From: Octopus vulgaris
Taxonomy: Eukaryota
NCBI GenBank assembly: GCA_951406725.2
Contig: OX597828.1
Coordinates: 40,114,001 to 40,178,000 of the forward strand
Direction: 5' to 3'
DNA: 64,000 nt
Made by a program: the position numbers and the translations under genes. The notes beneath the pieces were generated by a model. That model searched no databases. It saw only the letters and a program-made list of their open reading frames with translations, and was not told the DNA's origin. Positions 42,110 to 55,548 of the stretch are shown piece after piece. The stretch's first letter is position 1. Each line of letters starts with the position of its first letter.

Positions 42110-43240
42110 CAGTATATTCTTTCTAACATAGGCACAAGGCTTGAAATAATAGGGGGAAGGCGAGTGGGAAAGAGGGCTAGTCGTTTAAACCAACCCCAGT
42201 TTTCAAACTGGAACTTATTTTATTTATGCCGAAAGGATGCAAGGCAAAGTCGACCGCAGCGGAATTTGAACTCAGATCGTAAAGAAACAGAAGAAACACA
42301 GCTAAGCATTTTGTCCAACGCGCTAACGGTTTCGTTGCTTTCTCAAGTCCATATATTGCATATTCTTGGGCAGCAAGCCAGCAGAATCTTTAGCACGCCA
42401 GGAAAAATGCTTAGCGGTATTTCGTCCGTCTTTATGTTCTGAGTTCAAATTCTGCCGAGGTCGACTTTGCCTTTCATCCTTTCGTGGTCGATAAATTAAG
42501 TACCAGTTACGCACTGGGGTCGATATAATCGACTTAATCCGTTTATCTGTCCTTGTTTGTCCCCTCTATGTTTAGCCCCTTGTGGGTAGTAAAGAAATAG
42601 GTATTTCGTCCGTCTTTATGTTCTGAGTTTGAATTCTGAGTTCGAATTCCGCTTTTCAAGCTTTCGGGGTTGATAAAATAAGTAATCGACTTATCCCCTC
42701 TCCCGAAATTGTTGGTCTGGTGCCAAAATTAGACTCGGGAAGGGTCTATCCTATTGATCCACGGCCTGGCAGACTTATGATAGTATTGCACACTCTTAGC
42801 TGGCTGAGTCGTTATGACGCCGGGCGAAATTCTCAGCGGCATTTCGTCCCACTTCACATTCTGAGTTCAAATTCCGTCGAGGTCGACTTTGCCTTTCATC
42901 CTTCCGGGATGGATAAAATAAGTACCAGTTGAACACTGGGGTCGACGTAATCGACTTAACACCTCCCCGAAATTGCTGGCTTTGTGCCAAATTTTGAAAC
43001 TAATATATTGCACCCCCTTGCGTATAGTTGTATCTACTTTGAGGTTCACTGTTAAAATGACACATACATACATATATACATGAGTTCAAATTCCGCTGAG
43101 GTCGACTTTGCCTTTCATCCTTTCGGGGTCGATAAATAAAGTACCAGTTACGCACTGGGGTCGATGTAATCGACTTAATCCCTTTGTCTGTCCTTGTTTG
43201 TCCCCTCTATGTTTAGCCCTTTGTGGGCAATAAAGAAATA
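42110..43240. mobile_element. Cluster of SINE B copies
   Basis: At least five full or partial B cores in both orientations. Confidence 0.8.
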
Positions 43241-43326
43241 TATATACATGCACGCATACACACACACACACGTATGTATGTATGTATGTATGTATGTATG
43301 TATGTATGTATGTATGTATGTATGTA

Positions 43327-43381
<55 letters not shown>

Positions 43382-45120
43382 ACGTGCGTGTGCGTGCGCA
43401 CGGGTATACGAATTTATGAGTTACTGATAAACAGCGGTTTCTGATTAGGGAGCCGAGTACCCTCAATGTATATAGGAAGATGTGGAGATGAGCTCACGGG
43501 TGCGTTGAAAACTATTGGTGTTAATAAACGATTTTCGGGTAATTTTTACTCATGATAATTAATAGAAAAGATGGAGAAAATTAAAATAATGAATATATAT
43601 ATATAAGGAAAGAAAATTTAAATTATTTCATAAATATATTCATGTCTTTGAGGAAATTCTAGGATACGTGGGATGGTTTGGTCAGTACAATTTAATCCAT
43701 TTATTTAGAGTTCTTTTATTTCCCAATAGTGGCAGGGATATACACACGTGAAGGGCTGTAAAGAGCTGACTGATGCATTCTGAAAGATTCTAATTCTCTC
43801 GCCATCCACCCGAATTGATGGATATGTGGGCGAGTGAACGAGGTGCGTGTATACAGTTGCTCCACCTACCCTCTCAAAAATCACACCTTACTCTTTTAAG
43901 AAAGAAAATCCCACATTAGACAATGCAATCCTAGATGTGCAAAAAAAACCCTGCGAGGTTGTTATTGCTGAGGCGCCTATCATAAGTCTGCCAGGCCGTG
44001 GTTCAATAGGATAGACCCTTCCCGAGTCATATAGACTCCCGATTTCCCGATTTCCGCGGCGTATATATTTCCCCCACTGAATGGGACGCCAGTCCGTGGC
44101 AGGATGACTCACTTCTGCCAACTGAGTGGACTGGAGTAACATGAAATGAAGTATTTTGCTCAAGAGCACAACGCATCGCTCAGTCCAGGAAACGAAACCA
44201 CAATCTTTCGAACATGAGTCCACCACCGTAACCACTAAGCCATGCACCTTCACCCCGTGGATCTTTGGTGCCGATCAGCACAGAAGGAATAAGTTTTAAA
44301 ATTTTATTCTATTTCGTTGACTATCGCAGTCTGCACGGCGGTGTGCTGATCTATGGACAAATTGTCTTGTATGAAAGGAGCTTTTATTTTTCAACAGTGG
44401 GTAATACACGAGAACAGATTTCATTGACTAAAGTGATCGTCTGCATTGGCTAAGTTAACATCGTATGTTAGCTTACAGTAAAAGAAGAAAATGGCTGATG
44501 CCTAGACAATGTGATTGATGGTGTCGAACGATGGTCGTCTCTGTCTGGAAAGCTAGTTATCCTTTTCTACTCTTCACACCGAAGTAACAGGGCTTGGTTT
44601 TTTCCTTCAATTTTTAATGACTTTCGGGTAATGCTTTCCGTCACAGCGTTTGAACAACCCTCGCTATGAAGTGAAATTCAGCCAACTCTCCCTTAAATTT
44701 CGCAACTATCACACTAGACTAAGCACTGAATCATTATCACCCAGCTTGAGGGTACCGGCAGGGATAGCAAAGTCGAGCCTCCTGCTAACATGGGTAAAAT
44801 TATCACAGTATCATCAAATATCACAAAACTCACTGAATACGGAAAGCTGTTTTCAGTGATAATGCATTAGACAAATCACTCTTACACAACTACATGTAGC
44901 AATTACAATACAGAATTGTGTTTTTTGTATTTAGATTTCATTTTTAATGGTGTGTATCTGCTACTAAATACTATGAATGATACATTGTCTAATAGGGTGT
45001 ACTTTTTAGCGGGTCGTGCGACCCTGCACAAATTCCCATGGGCCCGCCAAAAGAACACTGTCAAGTTTCCCTGTTTATTTCTCATTAAAGGACATATTTA
45101 TTTAGCCCTAGATACACACT

Positions 45121-46120
45121 AAAAACGGTTTCGAATTTTAACAAAGGAATAGCAGTGCCTGAGGGAAGGAGATCGTTTATATCAATCCCCAAAAAGATGA
45201 AAGGCAAAGTCGACCCCAGTGGAATTCGAGCTCAGAACGTAAAGGTGGATGAAATACCTCTAAGCAATTTGTCCAGTGTGCTAACGATTCTGCCAGCTCG
45301 CCACCTTTCAGATACACACTGATAATCCTTTCTACGATAGGCACAAGGCCTGGGATTTGAGGGGATGGTCGATCACATCGATCTCAGTACTTGACTGGTA
45401 CTTAATTTATCGATCCGAAAAGAATGAAAAGCAAATCGACTTCGGCGGAATTTGAACTCAGAGAGTAAGAACGTACGAAATGCCGCTAAGCATTTTGCCC
45501 GTTGTGCTAACGATTCTACCAACTCGCCGCCCTCAGATTCACACTAATAATGGTTTCAAATTTTGCCACAAGGGCAGCCATTTTGGGGGATATGATGAAT
45601 TGATTTCTTCAATCCCAATGTTTCACTGGTACTTAATTTATCGACCCCTAAATGATGAAAGGCAAAGTCGACATCGGTAGAATTTGAACTCAGAAGAAAG
45701 CGACGGGTGAAATACCGCTAAGCATTTCGTCCAATGTGCTAACGATTCTGCCAGATCGCCGCCTTCAGATACACACTAATAATGCTTTCTACTATAGGCA
45801 CAAGGCCTGAAATTTGGTGGGAGGGAGCCAGTCGATTTGATCGATCGTAATACGCAACTGGTACTTTATTTATCGACCCCGAAAGGATGAAAGGCAATGT
45901 CGACCTCGGCGGAATTTGAACTCAGAACGGAGCGGCAAAACGCTTAGCGGCATTTCCTTTGTCTTTACGTTCTGAATTCAAAATTCCGAAGAGGTCGACT
46001 TCGTCTTTCATCCTTTCTGGGGTCAATAAAATAAATACTCCTTGAGTACTGGGATCAATGTAATCGACTCGTCTCCACCCCCACCCCCCGAAATTGCTGG
46101 CCTTGTGCCAAAATGTGAAA
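45121..46120. mobile_element. Cluster of SINE B copies (four tandem minus-strand units plus one plus-strand partial)
   Basis: Repeated B cores (GAAAGGCAAAGTCGAC...TTTGAACTCAG) separated by GATACACACT spacers. Confidence 0.85.
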
Positions 46121-46469
46121 TCAATATTTACATAGGTACACAGACTCTTTCTGTCACACAAAAAAAATCATTACTTCTTTGACTATGTATTTGATTAAAT
46201 CAGCTAAATTTGTTCTGTTACAACAGACATCTTGACTAGTGTTACTGATTCAATTTCTCTAAACGAGAGAGACTAACGGAAGTCGAAGTCTACCCAGCTC
46301 GACCGGTCAATATCCTCGCATCCGACTTGTCCTTCCAGTGTCCATCAAGATATTATTTCTGTGTATAAGAGAGCTGCAACTGCTTATGTACTCTCCTCAT
46401 ACATACATAGACATGTCTATGTATACGTATACAGTCTGTGTATACGTATAATTATGTAGGTAGGTGGCA

Positions 46470-46512
<43 letters not shown>

Positions 46513-47191
46513 AATAAATAAAACATATGCATATATATATACATATATGTACGCACCTACCTCTACATGTATATATACACGCATATATATGAGTACAGGA
46601 CACCAAAAATACGTCGAACACAATGAGAAACGAAAACATAGACACAAACCCAAGGAACTGGACATTTTTTTAAACAACAAAAAAATAGAGTACAGGACAA
46701 TTAACGCAAGTAAAACCCCTTCTTCAGTCGCCATGGTTTCATCTACTCTACGTTTCGAAGGTGAATATATATATATAAAGGGTAAAGACCCCCTTCGGTC
46801 ATGAATGACCATGGGATTGCACCTAGAAAGTTACCCTCCTAGACACAAGTCCGGGCAAGGTTGTTTATGGAAGACCAACAGTCGCCCATGCATACCAGCC
46901 TCCCCTCTCCACGCCACCAGTGTTATCCAAGGGAAAGACAAAGGTCGATACAGCTTGGCACCAGTGACGTCGCAACTCATTTCTACAGCTGAGTGAACTG
47001 GAGCAACGTGAAATAAAGTGCCTTGCTCAAGAACACAACAAATATACATGTATACATGCATATACATATAAATGCATACACACACACACATACATATATA
47101 TAGTCATATATATTTATTCATATATATACATACATAGATATATACCTACTTGTGTGTTGCGTGTGTGTGAGTGTGTTGCGTGTGTGTGTGT

Positions 47192-47236
<45 letters not shown>

Positions 47237-47799
47237 TGTGTGTGTGTATGTGTGTGAATAGATAGAGAGGAAGAGGGGGAGACAGACGGACAGACAGACA
47301 AGCAGGCAGGCAGAGACACTCACTAATTACACGTATAAAATATCTCGCAATTATTGTAACTTTTACTCAGCTCTCTGCTGATCGCTTTGCACAAAAGAAA
47401 TATTTTCGGTGTAATTGCGAGTTATGTATTTCTACGATTTCTACAGCATCTCATTTCTGCAAGATAATTTTTAATTCCATTTTTAATGTTAATTCCAATG
47501 ATGAGATCATCCATCCCCATACCATCGAAAGGCGATGGATGCTCGCCAAGAAGAAACTCAGGCGACAATGCGGAACGAATGATGCATATTTACAGGGTAT
47601 CTGCATGCGCATATGTAGCGAAATAGGTTCAGAAATTGAGAAAACTTATTCGCGAAACTCATTTTGCATATGAATGACTCATGTTTTCCTCTGAATGATA
47701 CGTACGTTACATACATTATTTGTCTTCATGCTATATAAAGCATATGTACGTTCTGTGTGTGTATGTGTGTGTGTATTTGTGTGTGTGTGTGATGCATAC

Positions 47800-47833
<34 letters not shown>

Positions 47834-48068
47834 GTTCATAAAGTTTTTATATTGTTACATAATACGCACAAACATACAGTATGTATGTATATATATATAT
47901 ATATATCGTTTTCATATAGAATGTAATGAAATTATAGGATTTCCTGTCGTCACTTCCGGTTTCTATAGCAATTACTAAATTGCATGTTAACCTATACACA
48001 CATGCAATTACATACACATACACACATATACACACATAGACACATACACACAAACGCACGCGCGCACA

Positions 48069-48106
<38 letters not shown>

Positions 48107-48558
48107 ACATAATAGGTATTTTAAAGCTTTATATAACATATACGCATTTCCTCAAGTCGGTTGCTGCTATTACGCAAGCTGAATGACCTGTTGCATAATT
48201 CGCTGGAACCGCTTCCTCGGTATTACCAGCACATTTTACACGCAGACGTACGCACGCATTCACACACACACACACGTACGTACGTATGTACATACATACA
48301 TACATGCATACATACATACATGCATACATACATACATACATACATACACACATACATACATACATACATACATACATACATACATACATACATACATACA
48401 TACATACATACATACATACATACATGTTGTTGGTCACCAATTTCATATCAAGCACAACTATTTTCTTATTGCAGATATATACTTGTAACGGGCTTTTGAA
48501 TCTTACTGCTATGAGTCTTCAGATTACTACGTACTCTTGACTTTGTTTTATATTTCAG

Positions 48559-48634
48559 GGTGAAGGTCACATATGGCAATATATGCTGGCTCTAATCTAT
48601 ACAGGGATTACAGCTGCTTTAAACCATTCCTGTA
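48559..48634 (+). other. Candidate 76-nt internal exon of an unknown plus-strand transcript
   Basis: Strong acceptor TTTGTTTTATATTTCAG|G and donor GTAAGT (48635-48640) bracket unique sequence; one frame is open (GEGHIWQYMLALIYTGITAALNHSC). Confidence 0.35.
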
Positions 48635-48980
48635 GTAAGTTTTCTTTTTCACATTGCTGGGAGTGTAAGAGTAAGCCAAAACAATAACAATTATACTCTA
48701 AAAATTTATAGTGACTCCTTTGTTTACGGTGTTTAAGTTAAAAACGATAGCATATTATCGCATACGACCCTGGAGTAGAGAGACTATATCATTGATGATC
48801 CGATGATGGCAACGAAAGATCTCTGACGAATCTACATACATACATACATACATACATACATACATACATACATACAAACAAAAATATCCTGTTGTTGATG
48901 TTGAAATTCCAGTGAAGGAACCTTGGATCTAGGTTAGAAACCGGTTCTTTCTCTATTGGCAAGAAACTGAGATAAAGTGA

Positions 48981-49356
48981 ACAAGAGCACTTAGAGAGCG
49001 CAGATCTCCGCCAAGGCAACACCAGCGTCCTCTCAGCGATTAGCCAGAGATAATTTTTAAAATGAGAGCATCTGAAATAAACGCGACTACTCTCACAAAC
49101 GAGAATACTAAAAAATGAACCCAACTTCTCTCAAAAATTAAGTTAAAAAAAAAAAAAAAAAGCAGGAAAAATAATCTAGAATCCTTGTCCGGTACCGGAT
49201 CGGTCCCCGAATCTAATTAGTTTCAACCAGTCACGAAGCCAAACGTTCCTGAAAGTTTCATCCGAATTCTCTTGAGATATTTTGAAACGGATTCATCCGA
49301 ATCCATCTTGAGATATCTTGTCCACGGACAAACAAACAAACAAGCACAACTGAAAC
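48981..49356 (+). mobile_element. Helentron/DINE-1-like (HINE) non-autonomous element preceding a giant microsatellite
   Basis: ACAAGAGCACTTAGAGAGCGCAGATCTCCGCCAAGG start, AAAGTTTCATC...GAGATATCTTG...GGACAAACAAAC block, then a tetranucleotide repeat. This architecture resembles HINEs (inference). Confidence 0.45.
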
Positions 49357-49388
49357 ACATACATACATACATACATACATACATACAT

Positions 49389-49421
<33 letters not shown>

Positions 49422-49572
49422 TACACACATACATACATACATACATACATACATACATACATACACACACACATACACACACACACACACACATACACAC
49501 ATACATACATACATACATACATACATACATACATACATACACACACATACACACATACATACATACATACAT

Positions 49573-49605
<33 letters not shown>

Positions 49606-49668
49606 TACACACATACATACATACATACATACATACATACATACACACACATACATACATACATACAT

Positions 49669-49701
<33 letters not shown>

Positions 49702-49722
49702 TACACACACACATACATACAT

Positions 49723-49759
<37 letters not shown>

Positions 49760-49818
49760 TACACACATACATACATACATACATACATACACACACACAC
49801 ATACACACATACATACAT

Positions 49819-49855
<37 letters not shown>

Positions 49856-49868
49856 TACATACATACAT

Positions 49869-49901
<33 letters not shown>

Positions 49902-49916
49902 TACACACACACACAC

Positions 49917-49955
<39 letters not shown>

Positions 49956-49972
49956 TACACACACACATACAT

Positions 49973-50011
<39 letters not shown>

Positions 50012-50018
50012 CATACAT

Positions 50019-50057
<39 letters not shown>

Positions 50058-50091
50058 CATACATACATACATACATACATACACACATACA

Positions 50092-50120
<29 letters not shown>
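49357..50120. repeat. ~760-bp compound (TACA)n/(CA)n microsatellite
   Basis: Seen directly; it is the source of the 275-297 aa spurious ORFs. Confidence 0.98.
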
Positions 50121-50124
<4 letters not shown>

Positions 50125-50580
50125 TACGTATATGGAGTGAGGAGAAACTAAAATAATGAAAAAAATATAAAATTAAAGTAGGACGTGTATATTTTATTTA
50201 AAGCGGAAACTTTTCGAACTGTGACCCTCCGTGTCACGTGTTCACAAAGACTATTTAGTCGTTCTAATAGTGATGTTTCCTCGCAACTCCTTGCAACCTT
50301 ATATTATTATTTTTTAAATTTTTTACTCGCCGTGTACTTTAGCGAAAAGTAAAAAAATACTCCGACGCATTTCAGCCATGGAACAAATTTTTTTTCTATG
50401 TATTTAAAACAAAAAAGGTATTTATATAATTAAAAAATAAATGAAATATAAATATTTTAAGCTACAGGAAACGATTAAATACTTAACTTTTTATTCGAAA
50501 AGAATCTGAAGCGTAGAATTTTAGTTTGTGTTTTCTATATTTATTAAAAAAGAATTTTTTTTTTCTTTTTTTTTAATACT

Positions 50581-50775
50581 AGTTGCAGTCATTTGACTGC
50601 GGTCATGCTGGAGCACCGCCTTTTAGTCGAAAAAATCGACCCCAGCCTAGTACTCATTCTATCGGTCGGTTTTGCCGAACTGCTAAGTTACGGGGGACGT
50701 TAACACACTAACATCGGTTGTCAAGCGATGGTGGGGGGAGTGGGGATAAACACAGACACACCAACACACACACAC

Positions 50776-50856
<81 letters not shown>

Positions 50857-51017
50857 GACAGGCTTCTTTCAGTTTCCGTCTACCAAATCCAGTCACAAGT
50901 CTTTGGTCGGCCCGAGGCTATAGTAGAAGACACTTGCCCAAAGTGCCACACAGTGGGACTGAACTCGGATCTATATGGTTGGGAAGCAAGCTTCTTACCA
51001 CACAGCCACTGCTGCGT
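50581..51017 (-). mobile_element. SINE family A copy with expanded internal (TA)n
   Basis: Family A reverse complement with a long internal (TA)n. Confidence 0.85.
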
Positions 51018-51118
51018 CTATTAAATATAATTCTCTCAATTTTTACGGTGCATCATGCTACATCTTCAGCTACACCATAGTACCACCTCGATTACTTCTT
51101 AATATCTCCCTGAACCAA

Positions 51119-51548
51119 GGCGGCGAGCTGGCATAATCATTAGCACGCCGGGCGAAATGCTTGGCGATATTTCGTCTGCCGTTACGTTCTGAGTTCAAAT
51201 TCCGCCGAGGTTGACTTTGCCTTTCATCCTTTCGAAGTCGATAAATTAAGTACCAGTTACGCAGTGGGGTCGATGTAATCGACTTAATCCCTTTGTCTGT
51301 CCTTGTTTGTCTCCTCTATGTTTAGCTCCTTGTGGGCAATAAAGAAATAAGAAACGTTAGCACGCCGGGCGAAATGCTTAGCGGCATTTCACATGTCGTT
51401 ACGTTCTGAGTTCAAATTCCACCGAGGTCGACTTTGCCTTTCATCCTCTCGAGGTCGATAAATTATGTACCAGTTGCGTACTGGGATCGATCTAATCGAC
51501 TGACCACCTTCCCCCAAACTTTCGGGCCTTGTGCCTAGGGTAGAAAAG
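51119..51548 (+). mobile_element. Dimeric SINE family B element
   Basis: Two B monomers with different tails enclosed by one 18-bp TSD AATATCTCCCTGAACCAA (51101-51118 and 51549-51566). Confidence 0.85.
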
Positions 51549-52534
51549 AATATCTCCCTGAACCAAATTGTCGGCTTCGTCACTAAAAGCAGGTACACGT
51601 ATATAAAGTCCATTTTTTTTTATTGGTATTACTATTCTTGAGTCCCTTACTATTTTTGTAAAACAGCCTTAGAAGGGTGTCTGAAGGCGCGTGGTCTGGT
51701 GGTTTGAGAGTTGCACTCGCTAAGGCAAGATCGTGGTTTCTATTCCCGGAGCGAGCGGTGCGTTCTGTTCTTGAACAAAATACTTCATTTCATGTTACTC
51801 TAGTCCACTTAACTGTAAACGAGTAACCCTACGATGGACTCGAGTTCCGTCCAGACTGAATGGTGATCTTGGTCATTTATACGTCATTTAAGCCGACCCT
51901 ATGACTTCTAGGTCTCGAGACAGCATTAATTTACGTGTTGGACTACAATTTGTCCATGATATGTTGGGGAGGTTTAATAAAAGACAGGAACACATCTGGA
52001 GTTGTCACTGCAACAACCAAGAATCAGACTTATTCTTCACCGCATGTCTCCATTTAATTATTAATCAATTTATATTTCAGAGTTATTCCCTTTGGTACAC
52101 CCCAACAGCATTTCTTTTCACATCGGTTGTAATTTCAGTTGCTGGAATACAGCTTTTGGTTCACTGTACTAAGTATCTTAACCTGCACTTAACTTTCTCC
52201 TTCATGCAGACGGTACATATGCGTCTGCTAACGAAGGAAAACACCACTCAACACGTTTTTGTGAAGTTCACATACTTGTATTAGCAGCCTGACTCACAAT
52301 TGCATTACTTGGAGTTTTACAGTTGGAACAAAAAACTTTTAAAATCATGAATGAACGTTCGTCGGGCCTTTAATTCTGAGTACCGAGGCGTTCACAACAC
52401 CTAAATCAAATTGATTGTCAATGGATGGTAAGTGAGATTCATTCTCATTGACTGGATAGTATAAAATGTTTAACTCCATATCTCGGTGGTTGCTAACTAC
52501 TGCTCTCTCTCTCTCTCTTTCTCTCTCCTTCTTG

Positions 52535-52584
<50 letters not shown>

Positions 52585-52589
52585 GTATA

Positions 52590-52991
52590 TACTCTTTACT
52601 CTTTTACTCGTTTCAGTCATCTGACTGCGGCCATGCTGGAGCACCGCCTTTTAGTCGAGCAAATCGACCCCAGGACTTATTCTTTGTAAGCCTTGTACTT
52701 ATTCTTTGTAAGCCTAGTACTTATTCTATCGGTCAATTTTGCGGAACCGCTAAGTGACGGGGACGTAAACACACCAGCATCAGTTGTCAAGCGATGTTGC
52801 GGGGACAAACACACACACACACACATATATATGCATATATACGACGGGCTTCTTTCAGTTTCCGTCTACCAAATCCACTCACAAGGCTTTGGTCGGCCCG
52901 AGGCTATAGTAGCAGACACTTTACCCTGGGACTGGACCCGGAACCGTGTGGTTGGTAAGCAAGCTACTTACCACACAGCCACTCCTGCGCC
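52590..52991 (-). mobile_element. SINE family A copy
   Basis: Family A reverse complement with a short internal duplication of ACTTATTCTTTGTAAGCCT. Confidence 0.85.
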
Positions 52992-53023
52992 TATGTATGT
53001 GTATCAGCCTGGTTATATTTTAA

Positions 53024-53244
53024 CCTTTTAGTATTCAGCTTTCTTTGTCAAATGTGATACTTATTTATTCACCTTGTTTTGAATTAATCATGTATTATCT
53101 TATGCCTTCAAAGTTTCCTTAATATGATTGTTCATTTTGAGGATGGTATTGTAGAGTAGGTGTGGGAGTTCAGATCTGGCCACTTTGAACATAAAACAAG
53201 TAGAATATTTGGGGCCTCATATGGCTGTTTCAAATAATAAAAGG
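53024..53244. mobile_element. piggyBac-type MITE
   Basis: TTAA on both sides (53020-53023 and 53245-53248) and CCTTTTA/TAAAAGG termini. Relatives at 4121-4338, ~17825-18125 and ~20864-21092. Confidence 0.75.
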
Positions 53245-53579
53245 TTAAAGATATTTGTTGAAGCAGTGCTCCGCAACTGGTGCGCTGCAGAAGTATCTTA
53301 GAGAGCCTCGTATTTTTAAAATTTAATCAATTAAAGTTTTTTAAAAAAAACCATCATAATGCTTCAAGGTCTTGAAAGACGCAGCAGTCATAATTTTGCA
53401 ATAAAGAAACAAGATCTATGTCAAATGTAAAACAATGTAGCTAGTCGAACATTGAGGCACACCTCACAAGTCTAGCTCTCTAGATATACAAGTAAAAAAG
53501 AGAGAGATAAATGAGAGAACAACCATGTGGAACATAAGCATAACTAGAGGGGTGCCGAGGCACTTTTATGGGGGTGGCA

Positions 53580-53752
53580 CTAAGCCATCTACTCGCAATA
53601 CCAGAGGGCGCACACTCTCCTACCCTGATGTAATCTCCAGGGATACAGGCATCCAGCAACAGGACCTCCGTAATGCTATGATGGACCGTGAAGTCTGGCG
53701 TAGCATGGTAAATTCCATTGTCTCGACCACGGTCGAACCATGATGATGATGA
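53580..53752 (+). mobile_element. 3' end of an RTE-type LINE
   Basis: Encodes ...RGRTLSYPDVISRDTG...LRNAMMDREVWRSMV, resembling the RTE C-terminal 'A.DR..WR..V' motif, and ends in a (TGA)n tail. Confidence 0.7.
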
Positions 53753-54211
53753 CTACTTTTGGGTCTGCTGTAGGCAATATGTGGTGTTGGGGGTGCTCGG
53801 GGATGGCAAACTGAAGGGCTATCCCGGGCAGCACAAGTTCTAGTTGCGTTAGTGATGGTGAAAGTATCCAATGGGTGTTACTTTCGTAACCCGCGCAAAA
53901 TAACTGTATTTTCCGTAACAAGTTTTGACTGAGCCACCAGAAAATACAAATGAGAAGCAATTTGAACTATCTGGCAGTATATATATACACTTGTTTATTG
54001 TGTGGGTCAGTGTTTGTCCCCACGTCACCCCACGCAATTGCTTGACAATCGATGATCGATGCTAAGTGCTTTTATGTCCCCGGTTCGGCAAAAGAGACCG
54101 ATAGAACTAGGCTTACAAAGAATAAGCCCTGGGGTCGATGTCTTCGACTAAAATCCTTTAAGGTGGTGCTTCAGCGTGGCTACAGTCAAATGACTGAAAC
54201 AAGTAAAAGAC

Positions 54212-54269
<58 letters not shown>

Positions 54270-54317
54270 AGTACCTCGGTTTTCGAACAACTCTGATCTC
54301 GAATAAATCGTGCTTTA

Positions 54318-54446
<129 letters not shown>

Positions 54447-54636
54447 AATACACATACATACGTAATTATAGATACACACGCACGCACACACATATGCACA
54501 TGCATACATATACGCACAAGCACGTTAGACCTCTTAGTCTAAGGCGGTGTGAGGGACTGATTATAAATTAAACTTTAAATTTCTGAAACGAAACATTTAT
54601 GAACACATACGATTACTCAGACCACGTATATCTGCA

Positions 54637-54709
<73 letters not shown>

Positions 54710-55160
54710 ATGTGTGTATGTGTTTGTGTGTGTGTGTGTTTATGTGTGTATGTGTGTAAGTAGGAGAGGTGAGAGCGGACTCACGCGCGCGCACGCAGTC
54801 TGTTATCATAACACTGCACTACGCACCGTTCCTTTCGTTTTCCGGTCGAGATTTAGGAAAGGTTGTGTAGGTCAAGTATGAACAACACACACACACACAC
54901 ACACACACACATATGAGAGAGAGACATAATACATACATATGTAGATCTAGACACACACACATCCAAACACACGTACTTATCTACAAACATACAAGTAGCT
55001 TATTCATAACTCGAGCATATAAGAAAATAGGTTCTTCTGTTTTAGATTGACAAACTAGTATCTCGGTACTTCAGTTTAGAGGTCAACAGATTTACCATTG
55101 GTCAGCCAAATGTTTGGTAGCCATTCAAAATCCTAGTCATACCACCGCATATATATTATA

Positions 55161-55548
55161 CTAGCAGTATCGCCCGGCGTTGCTCGGGTTTGTTTCGACC
55201 TTTTAGAATTGGAATTTTTGAAAAGTAAAATTGTGTATTATGTAGCTTGTTATTCTCTTTAAGGGAACATTTTTCTGGTTGAAATACACCGAGAAATGGC
55301 GACACTGCAGTCAAAAAATCGTAAAAAATAGGGATTTTCATAGAAAAACAGCACCTTTTTGATGTAAATAATTTTTGGTGTTAACATGGCCCGATTTGAA
55401 TTTTTTCCTCTACGGAATGAAGAGCAAGCCTTCTATCATATTCTCAATTTTGGTCAACTTGCGCCGCAGGGTCTTGGAGGAGATAGTGTTAGTTGAAGCC
55501 TACCAAAGCTGCCATACACAGACAACTTCAGCTTTATATATAGAGAGA
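55161..55548 (-). mobile_element. Non-autonomous Helitron
   Basis: On the minus strand: 5' A|TC start, subterminal CCCGAGCAACGCCGGG hairpin, 3' CTAG|T end, no TSD. Confidence 0.8.

Noticed and set aside
41741-42442. 233-aa plus-strand ORF
   Set aside because: Runs through microsatellite, a T-rich tract and two SINE B copies; no coherent protein signal.
49223-50156. Longest ORFs in the track (275-297 aa, YVCM/HTYI repeats)
   Set aside because: Translations of a (TACA)/(CA) microsatellite; the same applies to similar ORFs at 33.4, 36.6, 43.2, 48.1 and 54.3 kb.
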